DNA of 64,000 bases from Macrostomum hystrix (Eukaryota; Animalia; Platyhelminthes): NCBI GenBank assembly GCA_950097015.1, contig CATNEN010000007.1, positions 3,906,001 through 3,970,000 on the forward strand, read 5' to 3'. Positions 1 through 12,900 of the stretch are shown one piece after another. A program made the translations under genes and the position numbers. The notes beneath the pieces were generated by a model. That model was not told where the DNA came from, searched no databases, and was given only the letters and a program-made list of their open reading frames with translations. Position 1 is the stretch's first letter, and the number at the start of each line of letters is the position of its first letter.

Positions 1-1348
1 AACGGCATTATGCAGTACTTAACTGATTCAACACGAGGCCTAGTAACTGAATTCACCGCCACTTAATTTCACCGCTTTAAAAAATACGCTATCTGTGGTT
101 AAAACTGCATTAAATCACATTAAGTCACGTAAGGTCACATAAGCTTGAAATGTAACAGCGCTTTTCATGCGCAATTATGCGCAAAGAATAATTCTCATTT
201 AGTTGGTTTATACATAAGTTTAGCGGCTAGACGCCGCTAGAGTATTAGTTATAATTTACAATATTTCCAATTTATGAGGCCAATTATTCCAAGTTTCTAA
301 GCTGTTACAAGGAGGTGCAGGCCAGGCCAGTTGCAACTCTAAAATAAAACAAATTAATTGATTCAAAAAGACCATGTGGACATTTTGTTGTAGGGCTCTT
401 TTATTAATATTAAAAACTCACTTTCATCACACCTTAAATTGACCCTTTAAAATTTATTCTTAATTTCTTTTGTCAATGACTTACCTAATACTATAGGCCT
501 ACTTCATAGACTGGCTAGGCCTATGTACTTTTCTTACTTCATAGGCCTATGTATATTGCTTAATTTAGCCAGATAGGCTGCTTTCTTTCCCAAATATGGT
601 AGCATTCTCACGAGTGTCCGAGTGGCAAGACACTTATTTCCCTTCTTATTTATTTATAAACTATCTGGTTTTCTGTTTTTTCCCCAGTCTTTCTAGGCTT
701 CCAAATGGACTGAATTTGCCCAAATTTGCACACAGTGCTATTCCACCAATCGGGATTTACACTCTCTTCTTTCAGTTATTAAACTATACTGCTTTTGATA
801 AATATCTCCTTCTTTATTCTTTCGAATATTTACTGACTTATGTGTAATCACAGACCTGCTTTTCTCTCTTTAAAAATAAGAACAATTAAACACTTTGATA
901 CTTTTCTCTTTCAACTCTTTCTCCATTATTCACCACAGAACAGGGTACAGGGCACTGGTTGAAGATTCTATAGCTAATTTGCCATTGTATTTATAGCAAA
1001 ATTTGATGTGGGTGACACAATACAGACAAAAAATGATAAAACAAGAAAAATGTGTTTGGCAGGAATTCAAGTTATAAAGTTATAAAAAACTTTCTATATA
1101 AAATTAGGGCCTGCCTCAATTTTAATTAATTATATAAACATTACCATGCTGCTAAAATATAATGTAATGCTTGAATGCTGAAATATCTTTGTAATGCTAA
1201 AATGTAATTAGAGCATTAAGTGAAAAATCAGTAGGTCCTAACATGTATACTATAAATCTTCATTGTTATTATTCTGGGTGGCACATAAGTAACTGAATTA
1301 TCACTTGCCTAATAGACTTACTAACAAACTAAATATGATCTATATGCA

Positions 1349-1455
1349 TGTGTGCTCAGGAGTCAATGAAATAGGCAGAATTGCCTCCTTGCTGGCTATA
1401 GGTCTAGTGTCATCAAATAATCTGTGAATGTCAATAGCCCTCCTACAGTTATTAT
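1349..1455 (+). mobile_element. 3' fragment of tRNA-derived SINE family B, heavily decayed
   Basis: Aligns by eye to 30843-30947 (tgtgtgctcaggagtca...gcagaattgc...tagtgtca..aaat.at) with many G>A/C>T changes. Confidence 0.7.
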
Positions 1456-1862
1456 AAATTTTTTTAACAATAGTGCATATTGAAGTTATGGTCAAAGGTG
1501 AGGCATGGGGATTCAAATGTCAATGAGTTTGAATCAACAGAGCTAGCTGCAAGTTTTGCAAACCTTAAAGTTTAAGGGTAAAAATTATCTAATTTATTGC
1601 TATGTTTGCAATTACATTTCCAGAGTCAAACCCTTTCTAGAGTATAAAGGACACCTTTTTTTAAAGCAATAAGGAGTTTGTAATTAGAAATTGGCCTACA
1701 AACATGCTATGGTTTTGCTGTTGGGACAACTTTGTAGCTAGGGCAATACCACAAATTGTGTAGCTATAGGCCTAGGAATTGGAAACTTGTGTCATGAAAC
1801 ATATAACACAAAAAATTATTATTTGGGAAATAATTAGGAAATAGCAAAGAAATTTCACATAT

Positions 1863-1985
1863 ATACTCAGCAACAGCTAACCCCCCCAACTCATGCTGTC
1901 ACACGGGCACAAAAGTTAAGCAATATCTTTAATTCTAGTCTCAGTATCATGTGTAGGAACCACGAGCATGCAAAAGTGCCATGCA
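1863..1985 (-). mobile_element. Solo Tc1/mariner end (terminal inverted repeat plus transposase C-terminal codons)
   Basis: TA-TACTCAGCAACAGCTAA...CAACTCA.GCTGTCACACGGGCACAAA; near-identical to 24529-24648, the end of a Tc1 deletion derivative. Confidence 0.8.
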
Positions 1986-2183
1986 TAAAAACTATATATC
2001 GAAGTCTATATAAAAAATAACAAGAACTACTAAGTCTATTTCTTATAGTTTTTATTAAAACTAGGTTGCAACATGGTTTTAGTTGTGCCATATCAACATG
2101 TACTGCTTAATTTTATAAATAAATAATATCATCATGCTTTAATCACTTTTCTGTAATCTACTGCAGCTCCAAAGCATCACAGC

Positions 2184-3787
2184 ATGCCTCTATCCCTGAG
2201 TCAGTGTTTTGGCTATGCCACAACCTTTGCCCAGAGACAACTGCTGCAGCTGCATCCGCTTCAGCATCATCATCAGCAGATTCTGCTGACACTGTCTCTC
2301 TCCCGAATAAATCTATCTGGTAGCTGTCAGCGTAGGCGCATAGCAACCCAGTCTACTCAAAGTCTGCTCAGCAACCGACTTTCACACTCGAAAGTGTTGA
2401 GCAGTGGCCGGCGTGCCTACTCTATGCCATCCTCGCGAGTCAAGCTTGAGCATGTCGGCTGTTTGACGCCAGTTAAGACTACTGAACGCTATGCACCTGG
2501 TCAGGCCTTCGTGCACAGGCTCTTTGGCTATCGAGGCATTGTTCTGGCTAGCTATCAGGTCTGTTTGATTTTGCATGCCTATTTGACAATTCATATATTC
2601 TGGGCCGCGTATTTCCCTGTTCATTCCCTAAACTTTCATTTATTAATTCTAGTTTTTTGCACTTTCCTATCGCACTTTCGTATTTGGAAACTTGTGCAAT
2701 TCAGGAAAGTGAACATCTTCTGTCTTTCTATTCTTCTGACTTCTGCCAACGAATCAGGTTCGGCTATTCGACAAATCCTCCGAGGCCTCTTCCGCTGCCG
2801 CGGCCGCAGCCGATGCGACATCATCCTCCACTGCCGCCGGCGCAGCCGACGAGTCCCAGGAGCAACAGGAGCAGAAGACGGACAGGGAAGGCCCAGACTC
2901 GGCTCCCAGCATTTGGTATCTGGTGCTAGTAGACCAACGGGACCCCAATCCCAGTCTGAAGGAGGGCTTCACCTTCTTACCAGTTCGCCCGGACCCTGCC
3001 GTCACTCTGATGTCAGCCGTGGACTATTGCTCACACGCCGATCTGCTGCCGTACGAGCCGCGATCCAGGCCGCCGTCAATGGACAATCCCTGGTTTGCCG
3101 ATTTCTTGCTCAATGGCCAGACCTATGGGCCGACAGGTGAGCCCAATTATATTACTCGGCAATCAGCATCACCTGTAGCTAATTCAAAACGACTGATTTA
3201 GCCGTGCAAAAATATAGCATGAAGTTCCACTCCGTTCTTTATTTGCAGCCGCCCTGCAGAACTGGCTGCACAAGATGCGTCGCTTGCTCCAGGCCGACTG
3301 TGTCTATCGGGAGACCACCGACCACGTGCGCGTCACTGTGCTGCCATTCTACATGGGCTCGCGCGGAGTGGGTCTGGGAGGCAGCGGCGGCGATCCCTCA
3401 GCCACGCATCACTGGCGCTACACGATTCGCCTAGAGAATTTGGACCCGTCGGCCAGACCGGTGGTGCTGCGCGAGCGCTATTGGAAGATATTCAGCGCCG
3501 GCGGCACCATCGAGACGCTGAAAGGTCGCGGCGTTGTCGGCATTGAACCGGAACTCGGCGAGGCCTTCCCAGCATTCCAGTATCACTCCCACGTGCAGCT
3601 GCGCGCCCCCTGGGGCTACATGTGGGGCTGCTACGGCATGGAGCGAATGCTGCCCCGGCCGCCAGTTGATGGGGCGGTCCCGTTACCAACGGACCAGATG
3701 CAGTTCGAAGTCAAGATTCCTGTGTTCAGCCTGTCACAGAAGCCCAGCGGCCCGATTAGCGGCGGAGGCGGCCAGGATGCCGCTTGA
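2184..3787 (+). CDS. POLDIP2: Polymerase delta-interacting protein 2 (YccV/HspQ-like domain + ApaG/DUF525 domain), 3 exons: 2184-2558, 2758-3136, 3249-3787
   Basis: GT-AG introns join in frame. Motifs YAPGQAFVHRLFGYRGIVL, YRETTDHVRVTVLPFYMG, HHWRYTIRLENL, LRERYWKIFS, GRGVVGIEPEL, FQYHSHVQLRAPWGYMWG match the POLDIP2/ApaG family. Basic N-terminus resembles a mitochondrial targeting peptide. Confidence 0.95.
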
Positions 3788-3954
3788 AGACTAACTGGAG
3801 CGCGACTGTTGTAGAGATGAGTTGGATGAGATGTTGCTGTCGGTTCACATTCTACCGAATTGGGGTTCAAGACTTTGGCCGTAAGTTGAGACGATAGGGG
3901 CTTCGACTAGTTGGGATATTTGCAACAATCAGGACTTTAAATAGTAAATATATT

Positions 3955-5540
3955 TGCGTGAATCGGGATTTCAGCTGGTTGGGATATTTGTGTCAATCGG
4001 GATTTTAGCTGGTTGGGATATTTGTGTCAATCGGGATTTTAGCTGGTTGGGATATTTGTGTCAATCGGGATTTTAGCTGGTTGGGATATTTGTGTCAATC
4101 GGGATTTTAGCTGGCTGTGATATTTGTGTCAATCGGGATTTTAGCTGGCTGTGATATTGGTTTCAATCGGGATTTTAGCTGGCTGGGATATTTGTGTCAA
4201 TCGGGATTTTAGCTGGCTGTGATATTTGTGTCAATCGGGATTTTAGCTGGCTGGGATATTTGTGTCAATCGGGATTTTAGCTGGCTGGGATATTTGTGTC
4301 AATCGGGATTTGAGATGGCTGGGATATTTGTGTCAATCGGGATTTTAGCTGGCTGGGATATTTGTGTCAATCGGGATTTTAGCTGGCTGGGATATTTGTG
4401 TCAATCGGGATTTCAGATGGCTGAGATATTTGTGTCAATCGGGATTTTAGCTGGCTGGGATATTTGTGTCAATCGGGATTTGAGATGGCTGGGATATTTG
4501 TGTCAATCGGGATTTTAGCTGGCTGGGATATTTGTGTCAATCGGGATTTTAGCTGGCTGGGATATTTGTGTCAATCGGGATTTTAGCTGGCTGGGATATT
4601 TATGTCAATCGGGATTTTAGCTGGCTGGGATATTTGTGTCAATCGGGATTTTAGCTAGCTGGGATATTTGTGTCAATCGGGATTTTAGCTGGCTGTGATA
4701 TTGGTTTCAATCGGGATTTTAGCTGGCTGGGATATTTGTGTCAATCGGGATTTCAGATGGCTGAGATATTTGTGTCAATCGGGATTTTAGCTGGCTGGGA
4801 TATTTGTGTCAATCGGGATTTTAGCTGGCTGTGATATTGGTTTCAATCGGGATTTTAGCTGGCTGGGATATTTGTGTCAATCGGGATTTCAGATGGCTGA
4901 GATATTTGTGTCAATCGGGATTTTAGCTGGCTGGGATATTTGTGTCAATCGGGATTTGAGATGGCTGGGATATTTGTGTCAATCTGGATTTTAGCTGGCT
5001 GGGATATTTGTGTCAATCGGGATTTTAGCTGGTTGGGATATTCGTGTCAATCGGGATTTTAGCTGGCTGGGATATTTGTGTCAATCGGGATTTGAGATGG
5101 CTGTGATATTTGTGTCAATCGGGATTTGAGATGGCTGGGATATTTGTGTCAATCGGGATTTTAGCTGGCTGGGATATTTGTGTCAATCGGGATTTTAGCT
5201 AGCTGGGATATTTGTGTCAATCGGGATTTTAGCTGGCTGGGATATTTGTGTCAATCGGGATTTTAGATGGCTGGGATATTTGTGTCAATCGGGATTTTAG
5301 CTGGCTGGGATATTTGTGTCAATCGGGATTTTAGCTGGTTGGGATATTCGTGTCAATCGGGATTTTAGCTGGCTGGGATATTTGTGTCAATCGGGATTTG
5401 AGATGGCTGGGATATTTGTGTCAATCGGGATTTGAGATGGCTGGGATATTTGTGTCAATCGGGATTTTAGCTGGCTGGGATATTTATGTCAATCGGGATT
5501 TCAGCTGGCTGGGATATTTGCGTGAATCCGGATTTCAGCT
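3955..5540. repeat. 34-bp minisatellite, ~46 copies (tttgtgtcaatcgggattttagctggctgggata)
   Basis: Tandem unit read directly; variants tttgagatgg/tttcagatgg and gctgtga. Confidence 0.97.
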
Positions 5541-6571
5541 AGTTACGATATTAAATAAAATGGGAATTCAGTAGTGACAATGGGGTATAGTGGGAATTTA
5601 TTTATTTTTTAGTCAACTCTGATATGTTATTTCTAGATTGGTATCGATTCAATGAAGTCTTGAGCTCTTGATTGCATTCTTGTAAGATTTCTCACTTTTG
5701 CAGTCGCAGCTAATTTCTGCTGCTTTCTGACGAGAAAGCGCACCAGTTTAAAGATTTGTGGTTACGTTTCTTTTCTGAGTTGCATTCATTGAAGATAAAT
5801 TTCATTAGTTTTCGTATTTTCATTAGTTTATTTAACTTTGTCATTTTTTATCGTCTCGAATGATTGTGGAACTGCACAGATCGCGACACTGAATTACAGT
5901 CTCAACACCCTTTTCATTCTGAAATATCCCTTCTTGTGGCTTTCTAATTTAGCTGCGACAGTGGGTTTGTGCAGTGAGCATTGAATTGTGAATATTCGAT
6001 TTTACACTAATCACAGCTCGCTAGTAAGTAGTAACTAGTAAGTAGTGTGTAGCTGATTGTGAGTGTAAAGTTAATCGCGGATTAAACTAGGTAAGGTTCT
6101 GGTTATTAGTTAGTTGTTCCTTCTATTGTTAAATAATTTCAGATTTGACGAATTAGGTCAATGCAAATATACTTTTTATTATCATAAACTATTTTATCCA
6201 GTTTAGAACCTACCAAACAGGATCCGTTTATCTTAGACTTAGCAGCGGCCCTGCCTTTGACAATGCCGATTTGTTTGCCTCACCGCTCGGTGTTGCCCTC
6301 TCGTATTCTCTTGTTTGTCTTTTTTTATTCTTTCACTTGTGACTTTGTTTGTTCTGCACTTGCTTGTTGCCGAATAATGTTGATGAAGAAATAAAATAAC
6401 AATGGCTATTTTTCCCGCCAAGCTCTGCCTTCGCTAATTTAGCTTTTTTATTTGCTTACTGATTTGATTAAGTGAATATTACGATCAATTCGTAAAAGCT
6501 AAGCCGGTTTGTTTGCGCCGTTGCGATCTCAGACACTAGTTCTGTGAATTATTTTATGTGACTTTGTATAT

Positions 6572-6840
6572 CTCTGGTCATGTGACATACTTTGTCCCTG
6601 TCTGGTCATCTGGCATTCTTTGTTCGTGTCTGGTCATCTGACATTCTTTGTCCGTGTCTGGTCACGTGACATTCTTTGTCCGTGTCTGGTCACGTGACAT
6701 ACTTTGTTCGTGTCTGGTCATCTGACATTCTTTGTCCGTGTCTGGTCACGTGACATTCTTTGTCCGTGTCTGATCACGTGACATTCTTTGTCCAAGTCTG
6801 GTCACGTGGCTTATTTTGTCGGGATATGGTCACGTGACTG
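6572..6840. promoter_or_regulatory. 28-bp minisatellite (~9-10 copies) carrying CLEAR/E-box motifs GTCACGTGAC, upstream of the TMEM127 coding exons
   Basis: Unit tctggtcacgtgacattctttgtccgtg. Perfect GTCACGTGAC at 6661, 6689, 6745, 6829; one-mismatch copies at 6773 and 6801. The repeat is certain; a regulatory role is inferred. Confidence 0.6.
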
Positions 6841-6968
6841 TCAGAATCTGTTCACATAGCTGCATCACATGGCTAAAAGAAGATAGATATGAATTGTGAA
6901 ATTTAGAGCGCAGGCAATTAGCACGTGAATTTTTGTACAACAAGCTTGCTTCACAACCATGCATTCAG

Positions 6969-9900
6969 CCTTCATCAGAACAGCAAGAGCAGCAGGTGAC
7001 GAGGCGTCGTCCAGGCGGCTTCGCGCGCCGTTTCCGTCGCTGGCTGCTCACCGCTCGTCGAGACAGCGACCTGCTGGACGCTTACCGAGACCCGGCTAGG
7101 AACCTGCTGTCTGTCGCCTGCTCGGCTCTGGTGCTCGGCCTGTTCTGCCTGTGCTGCTCTCTGGACTGGTTTCAGCTGCGCGGCGGCGGCTGCAACCGGA
7201 GCCATTTACCTGTCGGCGTCTTCCTGTTTAACGGCCTACTGATTAAGCGGGCGAGGGGTGGCGTCATCAGCTTCATCTGGCAGGCGGCCGACAAGAGTAA
7301 GCGACCTTTGATCTGCTCCAATGTCTGTCTTGACGGTCCATCTATCTGTCTGCCTGCCTGTCTGTTTGTGTTAGACATACCTTTCCTAAGTGTGTGAACT
7401 GTCTGTCTGCCTGTCCGTGATGCCTGTCCGTCCTAGTCCAGTTGTCGTCCTAGCGGTGTATCTCTCCTTGCCGCCAAGTCTGCTCTAGGTGTCTTTTTGT
7501 CCCGGTTGTCATTTTCTTCTATTTCCCTGTTTCCTGAGTCCTTCCTTGATCTTGGCATTCTATCTAATTTGTCTAATCCAACCCCTCCGTCTCAGGTTAC
7601 GTGGATTGCGTAAACGATGACGTCATCGTTACGATTCGCACCATGCTCATCCTGCTTGTACTCGGCGCCCTGTTCACCATCATGCAGCTTCTGTTGGATC
7701 TGTGCGCTCCGCGAGCCCGCCTGCTGAAGGTCATCCAGTTTAATGCCACCGGTAACATCGCAACATGTGAGTAGTGAGCATTGAGCTAAGCTTTGCTAAA
7801 CCTATTCGATCTCTCGGATCCGAATAAGATCTCGAGGTCCCCCAGGACTCCCATCATGGATAATGCATCCATGAATCATGCATGACGCCATGCATGTTTC
7901 AGCCCTGTTCATCTATGGACCCATCCGTGATCATGAACGTTTCCATGCGATTTCCATGGATGGATGCTTACCATCCATGTACAATGTACAGTATGCATGG
8001 ATGAGAAAATATAATTTACAGGTATACCTCAATGCTCTACTGAATACAGTTGTAAGTAGTATTGGCAGTATTTTAGGCTCTTCAGAATATATTGAAATAT
8101 TTATTTATTATGCATTTGCTCGGAGAATCGAAACATTGACAAAAAACTAACAAAGAAAAAACACCAATTTTTTAGTTCTATTTACGTAACAAATTGTGAA
8201 TTAGTTTTTTAATTTGTTACTTTTGAATATTAATTAATAATTTTAATTGTTGTATTTATATGAGAAAGGAGTGGACAAATTAAAAGCAATTTTGAAACAA
8301 AGTGATAATACGATAATAATACGTTACACTAAATTGTTGACGAAGGAATAAATACAACTCAGGGCAATCGATTGGCGTAACTAATAAATAAAAATCATAA
8401 TAAGTTAAGTTCCTTATCATGATATTTCAAAGTGCTCCCCTAGGCTTTTGCTCTGACTTTTCCAACCAAGTTTTTTTGTGCCTCAACGCAAAAGGTTTTC
8501 ATTTCACATAAATTCATTTCATTTCACAGAAAATTAAGTATAATATGCAAGGTTTAATTTCAGAATGTTTATATTATGAAAAATTGTGACCAATTATAAG
8601 TATACACATGTGACGATGTCACTATTTATTTTTTGTTTACTTTATCTTTCTTAGAAACCTGGCGCAAATTTAAATATAACTTGAAAGACGGTTTGTGGCG
8701 AGCGAGCGTCGGAGGGGAATATAGCTAAAGTCTAAGGAGTGTAGACATTTAAAATAATTAAGACATTTTAATTAGCTGGAGACTAACCACATTGGAGTCG
8801 AGAACAAGTAACCGGGACCCTGGCGCTGCCGCTGACAAGCCGTGGTTGAATTTAAGGAATCGTTATTGGTCTTGCATAATTTCTTCTGACTTCTGAGAAA
8901 ACTCGTCCGCACACTTGAGTCCATGAGGTCAGAGACACATGCTAGCTCATTAGCAACCAAGGCTGCTTCCCTTTCATAGGAAAAGATAAGAACAATTGTA
9001 ACAATAATATGTTAATTAATATTTAATATTACTCTTTGCATTCAATATAAGAATTTACCAATTGAATTGGGCAATCTACCAGAACTCTGCTGAAACATTT
9101 GTACATCACTAACACAATCATCATGAGCTTAGATTGCTCACTACCAAGAGCTCAGATTGCTCTTCATATAGCTCATAAAGTAGATCATCAGAACCTGTTG
9201 TCATGGACTGCTGATTGGCACTAAATTGGACCATTGTTGGTTTTGGCCTGTGTTGGACTTAGAAGTTGTAGACTCACTGGCAAGCCTATTCAAAAGCTGG
9301 AGTGCATTGCTAACCAATGGCATCAGTGTTTTCTGCGTCACTAATCAGCTCAGAGAGTTGGTCAGACGAAATTTGGCGCTCAGTTCCCTTAGCCACAAGA
9401 GTTGAAGGGAAGAGCTTCCTATACATGTGAAGATAGACCTTAGTACCCTAAAGAGCAAAATAGTAATGAAAAAAATAGGATTTAAAAAAATACTTTAAGA
9501 ATTTTGAGCCTCGGCCTAATGCAAATGTAAAACTATCATAGGCCTAGACTTTTAATAACAATGAGGGACCTACCTTTTTATTCAGCCTTTTTTAGAATCT
9601 GTCATTGAACTTGGCCAGTATGAAGAAACAAATAAAATAGTTGCATATTGTTCATCATGTGATTCACCATGAAGTACAAAGCAGAAAAATGTTAATGAGT
9701 TGTCAGTAGTTAGTCTTGAGACTGCCCTTGCTGATTACGGAGACTTTTATTCTTAGTATCAGTAGTAAAGTCAAGGCCGCGAGATATGCAAGCTGAATGA
9801 AATAACAACTCGCCCCAGTCAGAGGCTTTAGCATCGATATTTATTGTATTGAAGTTCAGAGTGCGTGAGCTGTTATTACGTAATATTGGAGTGCCAAAGT

Positions 9901-12900
9901 GTACATTATTTTGAGGCTCAGGTTTGAACGTCACATTAGAGAGAGTAAGAGAATGAGCGTGTGTAGGTCAGTGCATATGGTACATAACTGTCCTACATAT
10001 CTCCCAACGCAAAAAAAAATTTATTACATGAATATACTCAGCAACAGTCAAAAGTTCCACCCTCCAAGCGAGATGGAATTTTTCTCACTTATTGAGTGAC
10101 GCAACTTGCGGCACGCAGCGAATCTTTATTGTCACTTAGGGGCCTTGGGTCTGTGTAATGGTACAAAACTGCGTAACTTTAAGAGGATACATTTTCAGTC
10201 CAATACACACACACGATTTCAAAAATGGTCCGGCAAATGACTAATGCTGAACGATGGCATGCTGTTGGAATGCTGGAAGTCGGTGTGTCCATCAGCGAAG
10301 TTGCTCGCAGATATGGAAGATCGCGAGCGGCAATTCGAAAACTGGTGACAAAGTCCCGTGAGACTGGCAGCGTGGAGCACACTGCGAAAGTCAGTCAGCG
10401 CCTTGATCTCCGTGGCTCAACAGCCAGAGCAAATCGCCGTCAAGGACAACTTAACTAGGAGGACGCTACACTCGCGAATGGTGGCAAAATAGTTGAAGGC
10501 CGATTTTCATTTTCTTGTAACTTTTGATCGGTTGCATGTAGAAAGATAATTTTTCACTCGGAAGCGCAGAATTTATTCATCTTTCAGCCAAAATGTTATT
10601 TGTGGCTGTAACTGAATGTGGTCGAAAGAAGAGTACAAATACCCCCATTTCAGCAACAAACAATTTAGACGTAGAAATTTCAGTTTCAGTCTCAATATTT
10701 TAAACGAAGAAAACGGATGTCTTCTTAGCCTAAAGAAAGAAATCATTCATGAATGAACTCCTGGCTAAGCCACTGGAACTCGACGCAATCAACAACAAAC
10801 CTACAACCATAAAATCAGCCTGAAAATGACAAATAAAAAACAGAAAAGCATTAAGCACTCAAGACTCACCAAAGATACAAGGGCAAAAACGATGCCCTTT
10901 TAGAAAGCTAATAGGCGCTGTATTTCCTCACTTATTTTTCATGCGGCCCATTCTGTCAATCAAAACTGATCAATGTTACTAAAAAATGGACAAATAACTG
11001 CAGACTGACGAATAACTGCAAAGACTGACAAATAACTGCTAAAGACTGACGAATAACTGCAAAGACTGACAAATAACTGCTAAAGACTGACGAATAACTG
11101 CAAAGAATGACAAATAACTGCTAAAGACTGACGAATAACTGCAGAGACTAACGAATAACTGCAAAGACTGACAAATAACTGCTAAAGACTGACGAATAAC
11201 TGCAAAGACTGACAAATAACTGCTAAAGACTGACGAATAACTGCAAAGACTGACGAATAACTGCAAAGACTGACAAATAACTGCTAAAGACTGACGAATA
11301 ACTGCAAAGAATGACAAATAACTGCTAAAGACTGACGAATAACTGCAAAGACTGACGAATAACTGCAAAGACTGACAAATAACTGCTAAAGACTGACGAA
11401 TAACTGCAAAGACTGAAAAATAACTGCTAAAGACTGACAAATAACTGCCAAAGACTGACAAATAACTACAAAAAAACTGTTCAAACAAGATAACATAAGT
11501 TTAAAAATTCAGTTCTTCTTGAAAGAGCACTTCATAAATAGGGTCAATGATTTAAGGCTGTAATTTTCGTAGCCGCCGTGACGTAGCTCCAAAAGTCCTG
11601 ACTGGCTCTGATTCTCTGCGAACCAAGCCTTTGAAAAATACATTGGCCAGTCTTCTTGATTTAACAGTGAAGGTTCCAGAGCAACGTCGATGTCAATAAA
11701 TGATTCAAAAACAAACGAGAAGGCTGAAACGCAACTGTTGACGCAACGCGGCTTAATCGAATTGAAATAAACGTAGCATAAACTGGCAAACACAACCATC
11801 CACTCTGGTGGCAGGCGTAGTCGTCCACGTGTAAGTAGCATCGTGAACTCGCTGCCTTCTGACTGCGAGGCTGAGTCTAGTGTCTCACTTGCTTGTGGCA
11901 GGTCCTCCTTCGCTGCGATATAGCCAGACACGTAGTAAAGAGCAGTTTTCTCTTCGCTCTGTAGGCTTTGGGCTGCCCTATCAGGCAGCTGATCAAGCGC
12001 TTCGAAGTCCATGACAGTCATGCCAACAGAGCAGCAATCAGATTGTTGATGTCCTTGATCGGTCTCCAGAAGATGTCTGTACATTTGCATTCGACGCAGA
12101 CGAGCACTGGCCAGAATCTGGTCGAATCCGATAAAGTAGCAACCTCCGTGCCCTTGTCGGTAAATTGAGAACTCGCCTTCCAAGCGATCTGACTGAAACT
12201 CACCTACAAAAGCAGCTTTTAAAACAAAAGGTGAAATATACGCTCGTATAAAGAAATTTGACTAATTTCCTCTATCATTTGATTTGTTTCCGATTAAACT
12301 TACCAAGCAGTACATAACGGAAGCCCATATTAGTTAGTAGATGCCTACTCAGGTCAAACAGCCCATGAGCCGTTTGCACTACTGCCTTGCGTGTATCTGT
12401 AGTCAGGGATCGAGCACGAGATACACCTCGCCCACCAGGCATGCGGTCCACCATGGCGGCGAAATCGAGCAGATAAGCCAGGTTCACGGAATCGGTAGCA
12501 TTGATAGGAAATCGCCTCGGTTCATTCAATCGGATGCCTGATTCTGGCGATTTTACGTTGACTACTTTCCAGAAGTTTGTAACGCACTCAACAAAATCTG
12601 CGGTATCCAACTGCCCGTTGACACGCAGAGCAGCGACCGTCTTTTCGTTAAAAACGTCCAATACAACATTCACTTTTTGGCGCTCCAATGGAGAAGGATC
12701 ACAAGCTACCACGCTGAGTGATGTCGGCCTGACAATGTGTTGGCGCGATTGATCCACAATCAAGACCAGGTCATGCCATTTGGCGCGATATGATACATCT
12801 GGTACAGGTACGAAGTCTATTTCTTTGTAGCCCTGAGTCAGCCAGTTATTTCGGATGTTTTTGAGGATATGGACAGTGTCGTAGGGAAGGAAGAGTGGCT

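Noticed and set aside
2184-3140. 318-aa ORF as a single protein
   Set aside because: It reads through POLDIP2 intron 1 (2559-2757) and leaves the true frame; the spliced model restores family motifs
4219-5574. Several ORFs in the 34-bp array
   Set aside because: They are translations of the tandem repeat with no coding evidence
11039-11488. 149-aa repetitive ORF
   Set aside because: Artefact of the 20/21-bp minisatellite
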